From Octopus vulgaris (taxonomy: Eukaryota): 64,000 nt of DNA. The stretch lies in contig OX597830.1 in NCBI GenBank assembly GCA_951406725.2, positions 35,464,001-35,528,000 of the forward strand, given 5' to 3'. Shown one piece after another: positions 61,470 through 64,000 of the stretch. Under the pieces are notes generated by a model, which was given only the letters and a program-made list of their open reading frames with translations, was not told the DNA's origin and made no database searches. A program made the translations under genes and the position numbers. Positions within the stretch are counted from its first letter, which is position 1. Every line of letters begins with the position of its first letter.

Positions 61470-61670
61470 ATTCGTTAGCTACTGCACGCATTTTTTTTCT
61501 CTCCTTCTTTCTGTGTTTTTCTCTCTCTGTGTATCTTTCTGTTGAAGAGCGTAGGCTCGAAACGTTAAAGACTTGTTTTATTTATATTTCCTGAGCGCCA
61601 TACTAATACAATTGTTCGTTTGTTTTCCACCTGCCTTCGTCTTTTGTTTATTTTCATAAAGCTTCCCGTT
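61467..61670 (+). mobile_element. Solo Penelope-like terminal repeat, near-identical (inverted) to 13437-13638; variant hammerhead at 61534-61571
   Basis: UCUUU-CUGUUGA-A-GAGC-GUAG-GCUC-GAAA-CGUU/AAAGA; embedded in (TA)n. Confidence 0.8.
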
Positions 61671-61697
61671 ATATATATATATATATATATATATATA

Positions 61698-61947
61698 GGA
61701 GCACTCCGGTTACAACGTCGAGGGTCCCAGCTGATACGATCAACGGAACAGCTTGCTCGTGAAATTAGCGCGCAAATCGCTGACCGCTCCACAGACACGT
61801 GTACACTTATCGTAGTTCTCGGTGAGATTCGGCGTGACACAGATTGTGACACGGGTGGCCCTTTGAAATACAGGTAATACCCACCTTTGCCGGCTGGAGC
61901 AATGTGAAAAAATGTATTGCTCAAGGACACAACGCGTCGCCGGGAAT
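61698..61947 (-). mobile_element. 5'-truncated CORE-like SINE (head B + tail X)
   Basis: Minus strand GCGTTGTGTCCTTGAGCAATACA... followed by a tail homologous to 46868-47048. Confidence 0.8.
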
Positions 61948-62069
61948 ATATATATATACATACATACATACATATATGTACAGATTTGTGTGTGCAACTG
62001 TGTGTACATCTACATCTATATTATTTGATTTAAATATATACCCACATAGGAAGACCTATATTGACATTG

Positions 62070-62165
62070 ATCGCTAAATCAACAAGATTTTTTAAATTTT
62101 CTCTGTTTATTTCGTCGTGTTCCTTTCTGTTGAGGAGTGTAGGCTCGAAACGTAAAATACTTTCT
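62070..62165 (+). mobile_element. Partial Penelope-like terminal repeat with variant hammerhead motif
   Basis: TTT-CTGTTGA-G-GAGT-GTAG-GCTC-GAAA-CGTA-AAA. Confidence 0.6.
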
Positions 62166-62174
62166 GTAAAGTTC

Positions 62175-62209
<35 letters not shown>

Positions 62210-62744
62210 CATGTACATATACACATGCATACGCACGTCGATGAACTGTTCCAGTATTATTTCACTTCTTGTGAGCTAGTTATTCCCTGAGAATATACTA
62301 CAACGCAAATGAAACAACAGTAAAAAATATGCATGATGAATTTTAAACAAAGTATGGAATACTTTATATAAGTCATGTCACACTTGATGGAGATGTTTCG
62401 ATGACTATTCTCCTCGTCAGCCGCTGTTGAAGTAACAGTCATTACACCTTTAACTATGTCATATAATACTGTTGTTAATACCCCTAGTGGGTTATATATA
62501 ATTCGGCTAGAAGCAGGCAATAGGGCAATTCGGTTTCTTTAAATACCATCGAGAAACCTTGCAATACATATGCTCACTCTTCTTCTCAAGGGGCCTATAA
62601 TGTATTGGACTACAAGCTATACACTAAAACGAAACATATTTTCCTTTATTCAAGCCGGATAATTACTGAGAATACGCATTGATTTAACAGTTATTCGGTG
62701 TTATGGCTTTACACCAGAGGTTTGGATTGAAGAAATGAGCATGA

Positions 62745-63110
62745 TGACTTCCATGGTCGGATGGTTAAGAAGCTCGTTTTATAACAACCGGGTTCCGGGT
62801 TCAGTCCCACTGTGCAGCAACTTGGTAAAACTTCTACAAAACCTTGTGAGTGAATTTAGAAGAGGAAATCTGTATGGAAGCCGTCCTATAAGTGTATGTG
62901 TGTGAGTGTATGTGTGCGTGCGTGTGAGTGCGTTTGTATGTGTATTTGATCAGCATCAATTGACAATCGCTCCATGTAACACATCTAATCTAGCGCTTCG
63001 GCAACGGGTACCGATAGAATAGGTGCCAAATAAAGAACTGAATATTGGTTTCAGTAAATTCTTCATGGAAATGACCCGGCAAGATGAAAGCATAAGTAAA
63101 AGACAAAAGA
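62745..63110 (+). mobile_element. Degraded family O SINE
   Basis: GGTTCCGGGTTCAGTCCCACTG...CCTTGTGAGTGAATTT...ACCGATAGAATAGGT...AGTAAAAGA. Confidence 0.7.
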
Positions 63111-63127
63111 TATATCCATTATGATAT

Positions 63128-63473
63128 ACCTTTTATCTTTTACTTGTTTCAGTCATTATACTACGGCCATGCTGGGGCACCGCCATGAATTTTTTTTTAG
63201 CCGAAAAAATCGATCCCAGGACATATTTTTAAAGCCTGGTACTTATTCTATTGCTAGGTTATGGGCACGTAAGCACACCAGCATTGGTTGTCAAGCAGTG
63301 ATTAGGGGACAAACAAACAAACACACACACACACACACACACTTCATTCACATGGCTTTGGTCGGCCCGAGGCTATAGTAGAAGGCACTTGCCCAAAGTG
63401 CCCCACAGTGGTACCGAAACTGGAAACATGTGGTTGGGAAGCAAGCGTCTTACCACGCACCCACTCCTGCGCC
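63128..63473 (-). mobile_element. Family O SINE, tail-to-tail with the preceding copy
   Basis: TTTTACTTGTTTCAGTCATT...CCACTCCTGCGCC. Confidence 0.85.
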
Positions 63474-63930
63474 TATATATATATATATCTATACTTTTAT
63501 ATAACATATGTGTTAATATGAATATGTGTGTGTGTGCGTGTTTCTAAAAGGAGTTTATTGTTCATCTATGTATATATGTATGCATTGATTGGTAGGTATG
63601 GAAATATATATCAAAATATGTATCAAAATATCTCTCTCTCTCTCTCCCATTCCCTGCCCCTCCCCTTTTCGATATCTTCGCTGTCCACATATCTATAGGT
63701 ATAGATGTTATTCTTTTCTGTGAATCTATATATATTTTTTCTCATTTCAGTTTGTGAACTTCGGCCATGATGGAACATCGATTCCTGCTCTAGTAGAATA
63801 CCTGATCATCAACATTGACGTTCTCTACCTTTTTCTAGTCCCTATCTATGTATCTATGTATGTGTGTATGTGAGTGTTTGTGTATGTGTACAAAATTTAC
63901 AATCAATGATATATAACATGTGTATGTATA

Positions 63931-63961
<31 letters not shown>

Positions 63962-64000
63962 GTACAGAAATATATATGCATACACACACAAACACATGCA

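Overview
Eukaryotic non-coding DNA, extremely rich in microsatellites ((TA)n, (CA)n, (TATG)n, (GATA)n, (AAT)n, (GAT)n, (GGT)n). The repeat repertoire resembles an Octopus (coleoid cephalopod) genome; this is an inference from recalled repeat families, not a database match. No host protein-coding gene can be identified, and nearly all ORFs in the track are translations of simple repeats. The interpretable content is mobile DNA: more than 20 tRNA-derived SINE copies from several families with swapped head and tail modules, Penelope-like element (PLE) termini including one internally deleted PLE that keeps an RT motif, a mariner transposase relic, a mariner-type MITE, a non-autonomous Helitron, an R4/Dong-like RT relic, and a ~560-bp element sitting in (AAT)n tracts. 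The most interesting signal is a high density of hammerhead-ribozyme (HHR) motifs in unrelated small elements. Four have the canonical CUGANGA...GAAA...NUH core with foldable stems (15430-15529 -, 21088-21133 -, 28577-28621 -, 37775-37853 +). One of these lies in a 432-bp partial tandem, retrozyme-like insertion nested in a SINE, and another caps a ~135-nt rod-like hairpin. About eight more variant-core or degraded HHR-like motifs occur, mostly in PLE termini. All RNA folds were done by eye and catalytic activity is untested.
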